NCBI GenBank assembly: GCA_031375485.1
Contig: JANMHX010000316.1
Span: forward strand, 8,186-72,185
Length of the DNA stretch: 64,000 nt
Reading direction: 5' to 3'
From: Gemmatimonadota bacterium
GTDB lineage: Bacteria > Gemmatimonadota > Gemmatimonadetes > Gemmatimonadales > GWC2-71-9
This document shows, piece after piece, positions 18,272 through 27,470 of this stretch. Both the position numbers and the translations under genes were made by a program. The notes under the pieces are model-generated. The model worked only from the letters and a program-made list of their open reading frames with translations. It searched no databases and was not told where the DNA came from. How positions within the stretch are numbered: position 1 is the first letter of the stretch; the number at the start of each line of letters is the position of its first letter.

Positions 18272-18819
18272 TCCAGCACCGATAACGCCATCACGATCAC
18301 GAGCCCGCCGATGGCGAACCACCCGGCCGTTGCCGGCCAGGAAGTTGCCTGGAAATTGAGGAGTTGCTTGGGCCCGATCAACGGTGGTTGATAGCTCATC
18401 CCGGGAATCCTGATCGCCGCCTCCGGATTGAGGTTATGCCCATAGTCATACCCCCAGCGCCAGAAGTCCGCCAGACCGACCAGCGAGCCGGCCAGGAAGA
18501 GTCCGGTCCACCCGTAGAGGCCGATCCGGCGCCCCCACGCGGCCGCGAGCAGGCCGAGCCCCACGAGGCCGGCCACGATCTGCGGCATCAGCCGGAGCTC
18601 GGGGATGGCCTCGGGGTGGATTTCCTTCATCCCGATGTAGTGGTTGAGCCCGTTGATGCTCCGGAGCTCGCCCGTGATTTTGCTCGACCAGATGTACATC
18701 CCGAGTCCCTCGGGATACTGGGGCGCCTTCAGGGCGATGTGCCAGAGGGGCGCCACATAGCTCGTCACCAGGCTCAAGGCGGCGACCGCCAACAGGATCC
18801 TGGCCCATCTGGTCATCAT
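18241..18819 (-). CDS. nosB: Clade II nos-associated 4-TM membrane protein (NosB family)
   Basis: PLWHIALKAPQYPEGL, INGLNHYIGM, WGYDYGHNL; directly downstream of nosZ. Confidence 0.7.
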   Translation of the reverse strand: MMTRWARILLAVAALSLVTSYVAPLWHIALKAPQYPEGLGMYIWSSKITGELRSINGLNHYIGMKEIHPEAIPELRLMPQIVAGLVGLGLLAAAWGRRIGLYGWTGLFLAGSLVGLADFWRWGYDYGHNLNPEAAIRIPGMSYQPPLIGPKQLLNFQATSWPATAGWFAIGGLVIVMALSVLEWRRARRVPV

Positions 18820-18823
18820 CGGA

Positions 18824-20767
18824 TCATTGCCCCGTGTTGAACGACAGTTTGGTCCCCGACCCCTTCGGCGACACCCGGATGTACCCCTGCATTTCCTGGT
18901 GCAGCGCCGAACAGAAATCGGTGCAGTAGAACGGGAAGACCCCGGGCCGAGTGGGCTTCCACGTGATCGTCTGGGTCTGGCCGGGCATGACCAGGAGCTC
19001 CGACGTGTTCGCGCCCATGACCGCAAAGCCGTGCGGTACGTCCCAGTCCTGTTCCAGGTTGGTGAGGTGGAAGAAGACCTCGTCACCGACCTGCACTCCT
19101 TCGATGTTATCCGGCATGAAGTGGCTGCGAATCGCCGTCATGTAGATGTGGACCGTGGTCCCCTCGCGAACGACCTTGACGTCCTTCTCGGCCTTCACCG
19201 CGGCAGGATGGTGGTTCGCTTCCAGGGCGAACGTCCGCAGTTGCTGGTCCTTGATCTTCGAGGCCAGAATCGCCTGCGCATAGTGCGGCTCGCCGGTCGT
19301 CGGAAAGTCCAGCAGCAATTGCATCTTGTCACCGGAGATGTCATAGAGCTGGGCCGATTGGGTCAGCTCGGGACCGGTCGGCAGATACCGGTCTTTGGTG
19401 ATCTTGTTGAGGGCGACGACGTACTTGCCATAGGGCTTGCGGGTGTCGCCCCCGGGAACCATCAAGTGTCCGATCGAGTAGAACGTCGGGGTGCGATCGA
19501 CCACGACACACTTCTTGAGATCCCACTTGATGATCTCCGACGACAGGAACACCGAGGTATAGGCAAACCCTTTGTCGTCGAACTCGGTGTGCAAGGGACC
19601 CAAACCCGGGTTCTGGACTTCGCAGGCGTTGACCGCTTCGTACCGGAGCACCGGCACCCCGTCGATCTCGGTTTCGAACGCCTTGTCGGCGATGGCTTTG
19701 ATCATCTTCGAGAACGAGTGCACCGGGAGGATCGTGGCCAGCTTGCCGCCCCCGACGATGTACTCGCCGCTCGGATCGACGTCCGCGCCGTGGGGCGATT
19801 TCGGGGTCGGAAGGAAATAGACGATCCCGGGACAGTCCTTCGGCGAAAGCACCGCGGCCGAGGTCAACATTTCCGTGGTCGCCACGCCATCCTCATTGCG
19901 GAGGTTGTGGGCGTACTTCGCGGGCCACTGCTTGGCCTTGCCGTCCGCGACGCATTGTTCGGCCTGCTTCCAGTTGACCGCGGCAATGAAATCCTTGTCC
20001 TTCTGGGAGGCGTTCTTCTCGAGCAGAGTCTTGGCCTCTTCGGAATTGTAGGAACTGAAGAACGACCAGCCGTGGGAGGGACCCTTACCCGCCCGCGAGA
20101 GATCGTAATCGAAACCCGGCATGTGGATCTGGAACGCCAAGGCCATATGGCCGCTCTTCGGATCGACCTTCACGAACGACAACAGACCCCCGAACTTGGA
20201 GCCCGCGATCGGCACGTCCGCCTGGGGAGTCGGCACCGAGAACCGGGTGGCGCTCACGACGTACTCCGTGTTCTCCGTCAGGAACGGCGAGGCATGCCCG
20301 CCACCCGAATTTGGAATCTCGATGATCTCCTCGGTCTCGAACTTGGTGAGATCGAGCCGGGCGATCCGGGGCGTGTTGTTGCCGTTGATGAAGAGCCACC
20401 GTCCGTCGTGCTCGCCATTCGTGGTCGAGAGCTGCGGATGATGGGCGTCGTCCCACGGCACCGAACCGAAGCTCGTGGCCAACATCGCTTTTGACTCTTC
20501 CGAGTATCCATACCCTTTTTCCGGATACTGGGAGAACACCGGGATTTGCTGGAGCAGCCGGCCGGACGGCAGTCCGTACACGGTCACCTGCCCGCTGAAC
20601 CCGCCCGACATGAACGCATAGAATTCGTCGTATTGGCCGGGCGCCACGTACACTTTGGACGCCGCGTCACCACTGCCCCCAATCGGGCTTCCACTCTGGC
20701 CGGCGCAGCCCGCCAGCACCACCAACCCCAACGTCGCGACCCGCATCGTTCGATTCCTCCGTGTCAT
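18824..20767 (-). CDS. nosZ: Sec-dependent (clade II) nitrous oxide reductase
   Basis: Seven CuZ His (DAHHP, GHASP, SPHG, PLHT, IGHL, EPHY); CuA VPHGF...CTDFCSALHQEM; FMSGGFSGQV; LAGC lipobox; no C-terminal heme domain. Confidence 0.97.
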   Translation of the reverse strand: MTRRNRTMRVATLGLVVLAGCAGQSGSPIGGSGDAASKVYVAPGQYDEFYAFMSGGFSGQVTVYGLPSGRLLQQIPVFSQYPEKGYGYSEESKAMLATSFGSVPWDDAHHPQLSTTNGEHDGRWLFINGNNTPRIARLDLTKFETEEIIEIPNSGGGHASPFLTENTEYVVSATRFSVPTPQADVPIAGSKFGGLLSFVKVDPKSGHMALAFQIHMPGFDYDLSRAGKGPSHGWSFFSSYNSEEAKTLLEKNASQKDKDFIAAVNWKQAEQCVADGKAKQWPAKYAHNLRNEDGVATTEMLTSAAVLSPKDCPGIVYFLPTPKSPHGADVDPSGEYIVGGGKLATILPVHSFSKMIKAIADKAFETEIDGVPVLRYEAVNACEVQNPGLGPLHTEFDDKGFAYTSVFLSSEIIKWDLKKCVVVDRTPTFYSIGHLMVPGGDTRKPYGKYVVALNKITKDRYLPTGPELTQSAQLYDISGDKMQLLLDFPTTGEPHYAQAILASKIKDQQLRTFALEANHHPAAVKAEKDVKVVREGTTVHIYMTAIRSHFMPDNIEGVQVGDEVFFHLTNLEQDWDVPHGFAVMGANTSELLVMPGQTQTITWKPTRPGVFPFYCTDFCSALHQEMQGYIRVSPKGSGTKLSFNTGQ

Positions 20768-21237
20768 TGTGTTTTCACCGTTCCGGTAGCTTGGGTGCGG
20801 AGATATTCCACGACGGCCCGCGCTTCGCCGGTCGTCAGACCCTGATTGGCCATCATCGTCATCGCCTCGGCCAACAATTGCTTGGCCACCGGGTGCCGTT
20901 CGACCATTTCGTTCGGATTGAGAATCATGTTCATGGCGTAGGTCGGCGACCGACGGGTCAGCACCTCGCCTAACGCCGGGCCCACGTACTTCTCGGCCAT
21001 CTTGTGGCACGCGGTGCATTTGGCGCCGAACACCTTCTGACCGGAATCCGCGAGGCCCTGATCCAGCACCCCAAGCACCAGGACATCGGTCACGGGACCG
21101 ATCCCGTGCTCGAGCTGAAACGGCGTCAAGTCGCTCGCCAAAGCCCCGGCCGCCGGCGGGGCCGCCCCGGCATTGTCCTTCCCGCCGCACCCTGCCGCCA
21201 TCGTCATCACCGCGACCGCCGCCAGAAAACCGCGCAT
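20764..21237 (-). CDS. Monoheme cytochrome c lipoprotein upstream of nosZ
   Basis: AAGC lipobox, CTACH, YVGPAL, MMANQ axial Met; stop overlaps nosZ start (ATGA); alternative start 21261. Confidence 0.88.
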   Translation of the reverse strand: MRGFLAAVAVMTMAAGCGGKDNAGAAPPAAGALASDLTPFQLEHGIGPVTDVLVLGVLDQGLADSGQKVFGAKCTACHKMAEKYVGPALGEVLTRRSPTYAMNMILNPNEMVERHPVAKQLLAEAMTMMANQGLTTGEARAVVEYLRTQATGTVKTQ

Positions 21238-21359
21238 ACCCCCCCGCTCGTGAGTTGTCATCGGAGACTGCTGTGCTCCCGATGATCCTATCGCGGCTCC
21301 CGGCGAGATTTGATTAAGCCAACGTGAGGGGGTCTTTAGGGTCCATGCCAATCAACGAC

Positions 21360-21389
21360 TTGCAGTGTCTAAATGTCATATTATCATGA
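21360..21389 (+). promoter_or_regulatory. AT-rich promoter/operator region between the nos operon and rrf2
   Basis: TTGCAG-N16-TATCAT; imperfect inverted repeat TCAT-N6-ATGA at 21376-21389. Confidence 0.4.
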
Positions 21390-21404
21390 GGTTATAGAAG
21401 TTAT

Positions 21405-21854
21405 ATGGCCATTCTCTCGCAAACGTCCGAGTATGCCCTCCGGGCCGCCACGGTCCTCGCCCAACACGAGGACCGTGGCCCCGTTCATGTCGCCGTCCTG
21501 GCCGACGCCCTCGAGGTGCCGCAGAACTATCTCTCGAAAACGCTCTCCCAATTGGCCCGCGTCGGGGTCTTGGACTCGGTCCGAGGCAAACACGGCGGCT
21601 TCCAGCTCGCCCGGCCCCGGAACGAAATCACCCTCTTCCAGGTCGTCGAGCCGTTCGAACGCTTCGAGTCAGTTCGCCGCTGTCTCCTGGGCCAACCGGA
21701 GTGCAACGCGAAGGCGGCCTGCCCGGCCCACGCGGCCTGGAGTGCCCTTGGCGACCGCGTGGTTCGGTTCCTCCGCCACACCACCCTCGCCGACCTGGCC
21801 AAAGGCCACACCCGATGGCCCAACCGGGCCGCGCTCAGGGGTAACCCCGGCTGA
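21405..21854 (+). CDS. Rrf2 family transcriptional regulator with Fe-S ligand motif
   Basis: SQTSEYALRA, YLSKTLSQL, SVRGKHGGFQLAR, C-x6-C-x5-C-x2-H (CLLGQPECNAKAACPAH). Confidence 0.92.
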   Translation: MAILSQTSEYALRAATVLAQHEDRGPVHVAVLADALEVPQNYLSKTLSQLARVGVLDSVRGKHGGFQLARPRNEITLFQVVEPFERFESVRRCLLGQPECNAKAACPAHAAWSALGDRVVRFLRHTTLADLAKGHTRWPNRAALRGNPG

Positions 21855-21889
21855 TTGGCGGCCCCGGCAGTCCCGAGCGATATTGAACC

Positions 21890-23080
21890 ATGCGAACAGC
21901 GTTCATTACCCTCGTGGTTTTGATGGCGGGCGGCAGTACCCTGACCGACAGAACCGCCCTCGAATGGTCCGGCCCGCCCGGAAGCAGCAAGCCATTCTTG
22001 AGTCGCACCGCCAAGGGCGACCTCATCCTCAGCTGGTTCGAGCCGCGGCCGGACCACCGCTACGCCCTTCGCGCCGCAAGCCGGTCCGGCGCCACCTGGT
22101 CGGAACCGGTCACCATCGCCGAAAGCGACAAGTTCTTCGTCAACTGGGCCGACTTCCCCTCGATCACGGAAACCGCGACGGGAACCTGGCTCGTCCACTG
22201 GCTGGAAAAGACCGCGACGAAAGCCTATGCCTACCACGTGAAGCTCGCCGCGTCCAAAGACCGGGGGCGGACCTGGTCGGCACCGGTCACCGTCCACTCC
22301 GATACCTCCGCCACCGAGCACGGCTTCGTCGCGATGGTTCCGCTCGGTACCGGATCGGTCGCGGTCGCGTGGCTCGACGGCCGCCAGATGACCGACAGCG
22401 CCGGCGCCATGTCCGTCCGGACCGCGTGGTGGAATCCCGGCGGAACCGTCTCAGGGGAGACGGTCCTCGATGCCCGAAGCTGCGAGTGCTGCCAAGTCTC
22501 GATGGCCGCCGCCCGCGGTGGCTTGGTCGTGGCCTATCGGGATCGGTCAGCCGAGGAGATCCGGGACATTGCCATCGTCCGTCAGGACGGAGCCCAATGG
22601 TCCGAACCCGCCAAGGTGGCGAACGACGGGTGGGTTTCGAGACAGTGCCCCGTGAACGGCCCCTCCATCAGCGCCACCGGCGACGCGGTGGGCGTAGCCT
22701 GGTTCACCGCCGCCAATGGGCTCCCGATGGTCAAGGCCGCGTTCTCGGCCGACGGCGGTCGAACGTTCGGAAAGCCGATTCGGATCGATGAGGGTAACCC
22801 GTTGGGGCGTGTGCACTTCCAGATGACGGGCCCAGGCCGAGGCGTGGTGACATGGCTCGAGGCCGAGGGCAATCAGGCCTTCTGGCGGGTTCGCGCGGTT
22901 GGCGGGGCGGGGGCCGACCGGGAGATCGTGACGGTCGCCTCCACCAGCCGGTCGCGAGACGGTGGTTTTCCCCGAACGGTTCTGGTGGGTTCGGATCTCT
23001 TCGTGGCCTACGCCGAGCCGGCCCCGGGTACCGCCGAACCCGGACGGGTCCGGGTCACGAAAGTCAGTCTAGCCAAATAG
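21890..23080 (+). CDS. Exported BNR/Asp-box (sialidase-like beta-propeller) protein
   Basis: Asp-boxes SKDRGRTW and SADGGRTF; FFVNWADFP; SCECC and QCPVNGP motifs; signal peptide. Confidence 0.75.
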   Translation: MRTAFITLVVLMAGGSTLTDRTALEWSGPPGSSKPFLSRTAKGDLILSWFEPRPDHRYALRAASRSGATWSEPVTIAESDKFFVNWADFPSITETATGTWLVHWLEKTATKAYAYHVKLAASKDRGRTWSAPVTVHSDTSATEHGFVAMVPLGTGSVAVAWLDGRQMTDSAGAMSVRTAWWNPGGTVSGETVLDARSCECCQVSMAAARGGLVVAYRDRSAEEIRDIAIVRQDGAQWSEPAKVANDGWVSRQCPVNGPSISATGDAVGVAWFTAANGLPMVKAAFSADGGRTFGKPIRIDEGNPLGRVHFQMTGPGRGVVTWLEAEGNQAFWRVRAVGGAGADREIVTVASTSRSRDGGFPRTVLVGSDLFVAYAEPAPGTAEPGRVRVTKVSLAK

Positions 23081-23185
23081 GCGATTCGCCCTTGCCTACC
23101 CCCGTTTCGGGGTGCACCTTTTTCGGCCCAAACCGGAACCCCGTTCCGGCTGGATAACGTTCACCCCCACGGTTGAGACGGAATC

Positions 23186-25726
23186 ATGCGTTTGCTTCGT
23201 TCGGCACGAGTGCTGGCGGCGGCCCTCGCGGTCTTTGCGGCACCCACGCTCATGGCCCAGACCACGGGCACGGTTACGGGCAAGGTCAGCCGGGCGGATG
23301 ATGGCGCCGCGCTGGCTGGGGTCGTGGTCGGGGTCCGCGGACCCGGCACCACGGCCGCCACCAACACCCAAGGCCGTTACGTGCTCGAGCGGGTACCCGC
23401 CGGCACCTACACGTTGGTCTTCCGGTGGCTCGGTTACAAACCGACCGAGGTGTCCGTGACAGTCACCGCCGGCGGCAGCGTCACGGCCGACGCCAAGATG
23501 GAAGCCCATCCGATCGCCTTGAATGACTTGGTGGTCACCACCGCCTCGAAGGCCCCGGAACGGGCCACCGAAGCGCCGGCCGCCATCTCGGTCATCGACG
23601 CCCGAACCCTTCAGACCACCTCGATCACCGGGCAGGCGCCGCTCGCCTTGGCCGCGGTCCCCGGAGTTGACCTGGCCCAGAACGGCGTCAACGACTTCAA
23701 CGTCAACACCCGGGGATTCAACTCGTCGTTGAACCGCCGGGTGTTGGTGCTGATCGACGGCCGAGACGTGGCCACCGGGTTCCTGGGCAACCAAGAGTGG
23801 AATGCGCTCTCGATCCCAACCGAAGATATCGGTTCGATGGAACTCGTCCGGGGCCCCGGTTCGGCGCTCTACGGCGCCAACGCCTATGCCGGTGTACTCA
23901 ACATCAAGACCCCCTCGGCCCGTGAAGTCGTCGGCACCAAGTTGAGCGTCGGAGGCGGCGGCCTGTCGACCGCCAAGGCCGACCTCCGGCACGCGGGTCT
24001 GCTGTATGACAGCCGGTTCGGGTACCGCGTCAACGTGGGTTACTATCGAAGTGACACCTGGTCGCGGTCCCGGACGCTGGCCGACGGTAGCGCCCTCAAG
24101 ACCGAGTACGGACCCGCCACCGACTCCTTGAACTTCCGGAGCATTTGCTCGTCGTGTTCCCGGCGGGAACTCAGGGCCCTCAACGGTCAGAAGGCCGACC
24201 CGGCGACCGGGGCACTGACCGGCGACCGGGACCCGGTCAAGAGCACCTACGGATCAGCCCGACTCGATTACTACGCGGCCAACGGCGACGTGGCCACCGG
24301 TGAATTCGGGATGGCATTGGCCGAGAACGAAACCGCCGTCACCGGCATCGGCCGGGTCCAAATCACCAAGTCGATCCGGCCCTACACCCGGTTCAACTAC
24401 GCCGCGAAGGCGTTCGACGTGATGACGTATTGGAACGGCCGCAATACCGAAGAGCCGCAGTACTCGCTCGCCTCCGGCGCGGGCCTCGAGGAACGGTCCG
24501 ACATCTTCCACATCGAGGGCCAGCAGAAGAACACCTTCGCGGACGGCAAGGGTCGGTTCGTACTCGGCGGGTCCTTCCGCAATTACAGCCTCAACACCCA
24601 ACGCACGCTGATCAATCGCCCCGACGATGACCGGAGCGACAACTACTACGCCTTGTTCAGCCAGTTCGAGTACAAACTCAGCGACGTGACCAAGATCGTG
24701 GCCGCCGGCCGGTACGATCTCGGCGGTTTGATCGACGCCCAATTCTCACCCAAGGCGGCCATCGTCTACACGCCGAGCGACCGGCATTCGTTCCGGTTCA
24801 CGTTCAACAAGGCGTTCCAGACCCCGAACTATTCGGAGTTCTTCCTCAATGCCGCCGCCGGAGCGCCGGCCAACTTCTCGTTACTCGAAGCCGGTCTCCG
24901 GGCCAACCCGCAGTTAGGCCCCCTGCTGGCGGGCGTGCCGGCCGGACAGTTGTTTGACAACACTGCCGCCGTCCCGGTCCGCGCCCGGGGTAACAACAAG
25001 CTCCAAGTCGAGAAGAACACCGGCATCGAACTCGGCTATCGTGGCGATCTGACCGATCGGTTCTACTTCTCCGTCGATGCCTACTTGAACGTGCTGAAGG
25101 ACTTCGTCACCGACCTGTTGCCCGGTGTCAATCCGGCCTTTCCCGCCTGGACCGCCCCGTCCGCCGTACCGGCCCCGGCCCGGGCCGCCCTCCAAAGCGC
25201 GGTCCGAAGCGCCTTGGTCGGGAATCCGGCCACCGCCACCGCCGGCCGGGGCCTGACCCGGCAAGAGGATGGCAAAACCGCGGTCGTCGTGTCGTATGCC
25301 AACGCGGGCAAGGCTACCCAGTACGGCTTTGAGTTTGCCGCGGGCCTCCAGTTGGCCGACGAGTTCCGGGTCGACGCGAACCTGACGATCTTCCGGTTCG
25401 ACATCAACGAGCAGCTGGCCGGCGATCAGTTGCTTCCGAACACCCCAAGCTCGAAGGGGAACATCGCCGTGACGTACGCTGGCCGGAGCGGCCTCGATCT
25501 GGGCCTGAACCTCCGGGCCGTGAAGGGCTACGACTGGGCGGCCGGCGTGTTCGCGGGATGGATCGAACCCCAGGCGACGATCGACGCCAACGCCGGATTC
25601 GCGGTCAACAACAACCTCCGCGTCTACCTGGCGGCCAACAACCTCTTCGACCAGCAGCGGTACTCGATCTTCGGCGGCTCGGTCAACGGACGCCGCGTCC
25701 TCGGTGGCCTGACGACCCGATTCTAG
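23186..25726 (+). CDS. TonB-dependent receptor with N-terminal carboxypeptidase-like domain
   Basis: Signal peptide, plug NTRGFN..LVLIDGR, ELVRGPGSALYGANA, AFQTP, NNLFD, C-terminal Phe. Confidence 0.92.
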   Translation: MRLLRSARVLAAALAVFAAPTLMAQTTGTVTGKVSRADDGAALAGVVVGVRGPGTTAATNTQGRYVLERVPAGTYTLVFRWLGYKPTEVSVTVTAGGSVTADAKMEAHPIALNDLVVTTASKAPERATEAPAAISVIDARTLQTTSITGQAPLALAAVPGVDLAQNGVNDFNVNTRGFNSSLNRRVLVLIDGRDVATGFLGNQEWNALSIPTEDIGSMELVRGPGSALYGANAYAGVLNIKTPSAREVVGTKLSVGGGGLSTAKADLRHAGLLYDSRFGYRVNVGYYRSDTWSRSRTLADGSALKTEYGPATDSLNFRSICSSCSRRELRALNGQKADPATGALTGDRDPVKSTYGSARLDYYAANGDVATGEFGMALAENETAVTGIGRVQITKSIRPYTRFNYAAKAFDVMTYWNGRNTEEPQYSLASGAGLEERSDIFHIEGQQKNTFADGKGRFVLGGSFRNYSLNTQRTLINRPDDDRSDNYYALFSQFEYKLSDVTKIVAAGRYDLGGLIDAQFSPKAAIVYTPSDRHSFRFTFNKAFQTPNYSEFFLNAAAGAPANFSLLEAGLRANPQLGPLLAGVPAGQLFDNTAAVPVRARGNNKLQVEKNTGIELGYRGDLTDRFYFSVDAYLNVLKDFVTDLLPGVNPAFPAWTAPSAVPAPARAALQSAVRSALVGNPATATAGRGLTRQEDGKTAVVVSYANAGKATQYGFEFAAGLQLADEFRVDANLTIFRFDINEQLAGDQLLPNTPSSKGNIAVTYAGRSGLDLGLNLRAVKGYDWAAGVFAGWIEPQATIDANAGFAVNNNLRVYLAANNLFDQQRYSIFGGSVNGRRVLGGLTTRF

Positions 25727-25749
25727 CTCGTCGAAACACCCTCAAACCG

Positions 25750-25783
25750 AAGCGGGGCGGGCTCGATGCCCGCCCCGCTTTTT
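25750..25783 (+). terminator. Rho-independent terminator after the TonB receptor
   Basis: AAGCGGGGCGGGC-TCGAT-GCCCGCCCCGCTT then TTTCT. Confidence 0.85.
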
Positions 25784-25799
25784 CTCTTCCTTGGGTCGC

Positions 25800-26456
25800 C
25801 TACCGGCCAAACAACGCCAAGCGGACGCCAACCGTTACCCGAATATCGTTCTGGGTCAACGATTGCGAGCGGCGAAGCGCCCCTCCCTGCCCGGCCACAT
25901 CGAAGCTCGCGTTGTAGACGTAGTCCTCGGCGCTAATGGTGAGCGCGCTCCGCGACGTCATCCGAAACCCAATCGTCGCCCCGAGCACCGCCCCCAGGTT
26001 CGATCGATCCTTGACCAAACTCGGCACCCCCGACTTCTCCGTAAACCGACGGCTCACCGAAGCGATCCCGGCGTGAAACGTGATCGACGACGGCTCCGTG
26101 GTCGGTTTCATTCGATACACCAGCCGGCCGCTGATGGTCGTGACCTTGGCGTTGGTTCCCGACGGGGCACTGAGCTTCGACACTTGGAGCCCGCTCTTGC
26201 CGAGGCCGATGTCGGCCTCAACCCCGAGTTTTTCCGACAGACCAACCGCCAACCTGCCGCCCACGACCCCAAGCAGGGCCTGGGACTCAGGGTCGCGGAG
26301 CGGATCGAGCCCGGGACGAAGTAACAACTCGCGTCCAGGGCTCACCAATCCGAAGTAGGGCGTCACGGCAATGCTGATCGGACTCGGGCGCTGAGCCTCG
26401 GCCGCAGTTCCGAGGACCAGCAACGCTACCCCGACCATCGTGCGAATCGGACCCAT
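25800..26456 (-). CDS. Outer-membrane beta-barrel domain protein
   Basis: Signal peptide ..TAAEAQ, alternating amphipathic strands, aromatic near C-terminus; start uncertain. Confidence 0.6.
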   Translation of the reverse strand: MGPIRTMVGVALLVLGTAAEAQRPSPISIAVTPYFGLVSPGRELLLRPGLDPLRDPESQALLGVVGGRLAVGLSEKLGVEADIGLGKSGLQVSKLSAPSGTNAKVTTISGRLVYRMKPTTEPSSITFHAGIASVSRRFTEKSGVPSLVKDRSNLGAVLGATIGFRMTSRSALTISAEDYVYNASFDVAGQGGALRRSQSLTQNDIRVTVGVRLALFGR

Positions 26457-26539
26457 TCGGCGCAACCTCAAGTAGGTAGTTGACATGAGTTTAACCGCTT
26501 CGGGGCCGGTACGGCTATTTTCCACCCCGGTTTCCTTTC

Positions 26540-27361
26540 ATGACGCCTACCTCTTCGCCGGTCGACCCGGCCTGGCAGCCGTATCCCGGCGCCCTCGATC
26601 CGAGCATCCGCCTCTTGGTGCGACGGCGGGTCTTGAGCCCCCAGCTTCGGAACTTTCGCGACGTCATGGTCGCCTTGCCGCCTTCGTATGGCGTGACCAC
26701 GACCCGGTACCCCGTGGTGTACATGCAGGACGGCCAAAATCTGTTTGATCCCGCCACCGCGTTTGCCGGCCACTGGCAACTCACCACGGTCTTGGCCGAA
26801 CTAGCCGCCCGGGGGACCGAGGCCATCGTGATCGGGATCGCGAACCATGGCCGGAGCCGGCTCTACGAATACAGTCCGTTTCCCGATTCAGTCCGGGGCG
26901 GCGGGGGCGGCGACCGTTACCTCGCCTTCCTGGCCGAGACCCTGAAGCCGATCATCGACCGGGATTTTCGAACCAACCCCGCCCGGTCCCAGACGGCGAT
27001 CGCCGGATCCTCGATGGGCGGCCTCATCAGCCTGTATGGGCTCTACCGGTTTGCCGACGTGTTTGGCGCGGCCGGGGTCATGAGTCCGTCGCTCTGGTAT
27101 GCGGGACGGTCGATCCTCGACTACGTCGACACCTGGTCCACCCTGGCCGTCGGGCGCCTCTATCTCGACATTGGACTGCAAGAGCCGAAAGGGGCCATCT
27201 CCGACACCCGGGCCCTCCGCGACCTGCTGGCCAAACACGGACCCCAGACGGCGCCGACGATCGAGTACGTGGAAGACGCCGGGGGCATCCACGACGAAGC
27301 CACCTGGGGCCGCCGATTCAGCCGCTGTTTGCCCTTTCTGACGGGCCATACCACCCCCTGA
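26540..27361 (+). CDS. Putative esterase (alpha/beta hydrolase-fold, Fes/IroE-like)
   Basis: YPVVYMQDGQNLF, IAGSSMGG, HDEATWGRR. Confidence 0.88.
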   Translation: MTPTSSPVDPAWQPYPGALDPSIRLLVRRRVLSPQLRNFRDVMVALPPSYGVTTTRYPVVYMQDGQNLFDPATAFAGHWQLTTVLAELAARGTEAIVIGIANHGRSRLYEYSPFPDSVRGGGGGDRYLAFLAETLKPIIDRDFRTNPARSQTAIAGSSMGGLISLYGLYRFADVFGAAGVMSPSLWYAGRSILDYVDTWSTLAVGRLYLDIGLQEPKGAISDTRALRDLLAKHGPQTAPTIEYVEDAGGIHDEATWGRRFSRCLPFLTGHTTP

Positions 27362-27470
27362 CCGGCGACCGCTTCCCGCCGCTCTCCAACCCCCGTACAT
27401 TCGCAGAGTATCTGGGGAGCCGGGTGGACGCCCGGGGCCCACCCGACCCTCCGCAGGGACGTAATCCGCC

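Noticed and set aside
21310-21355. FNR/DNR box upstream of the nos operon
   Set aside because: Only isolated half-sites (TTGAT at 21310, ATCAA at 21351); no TTGAT-N4-ATCAA spacing
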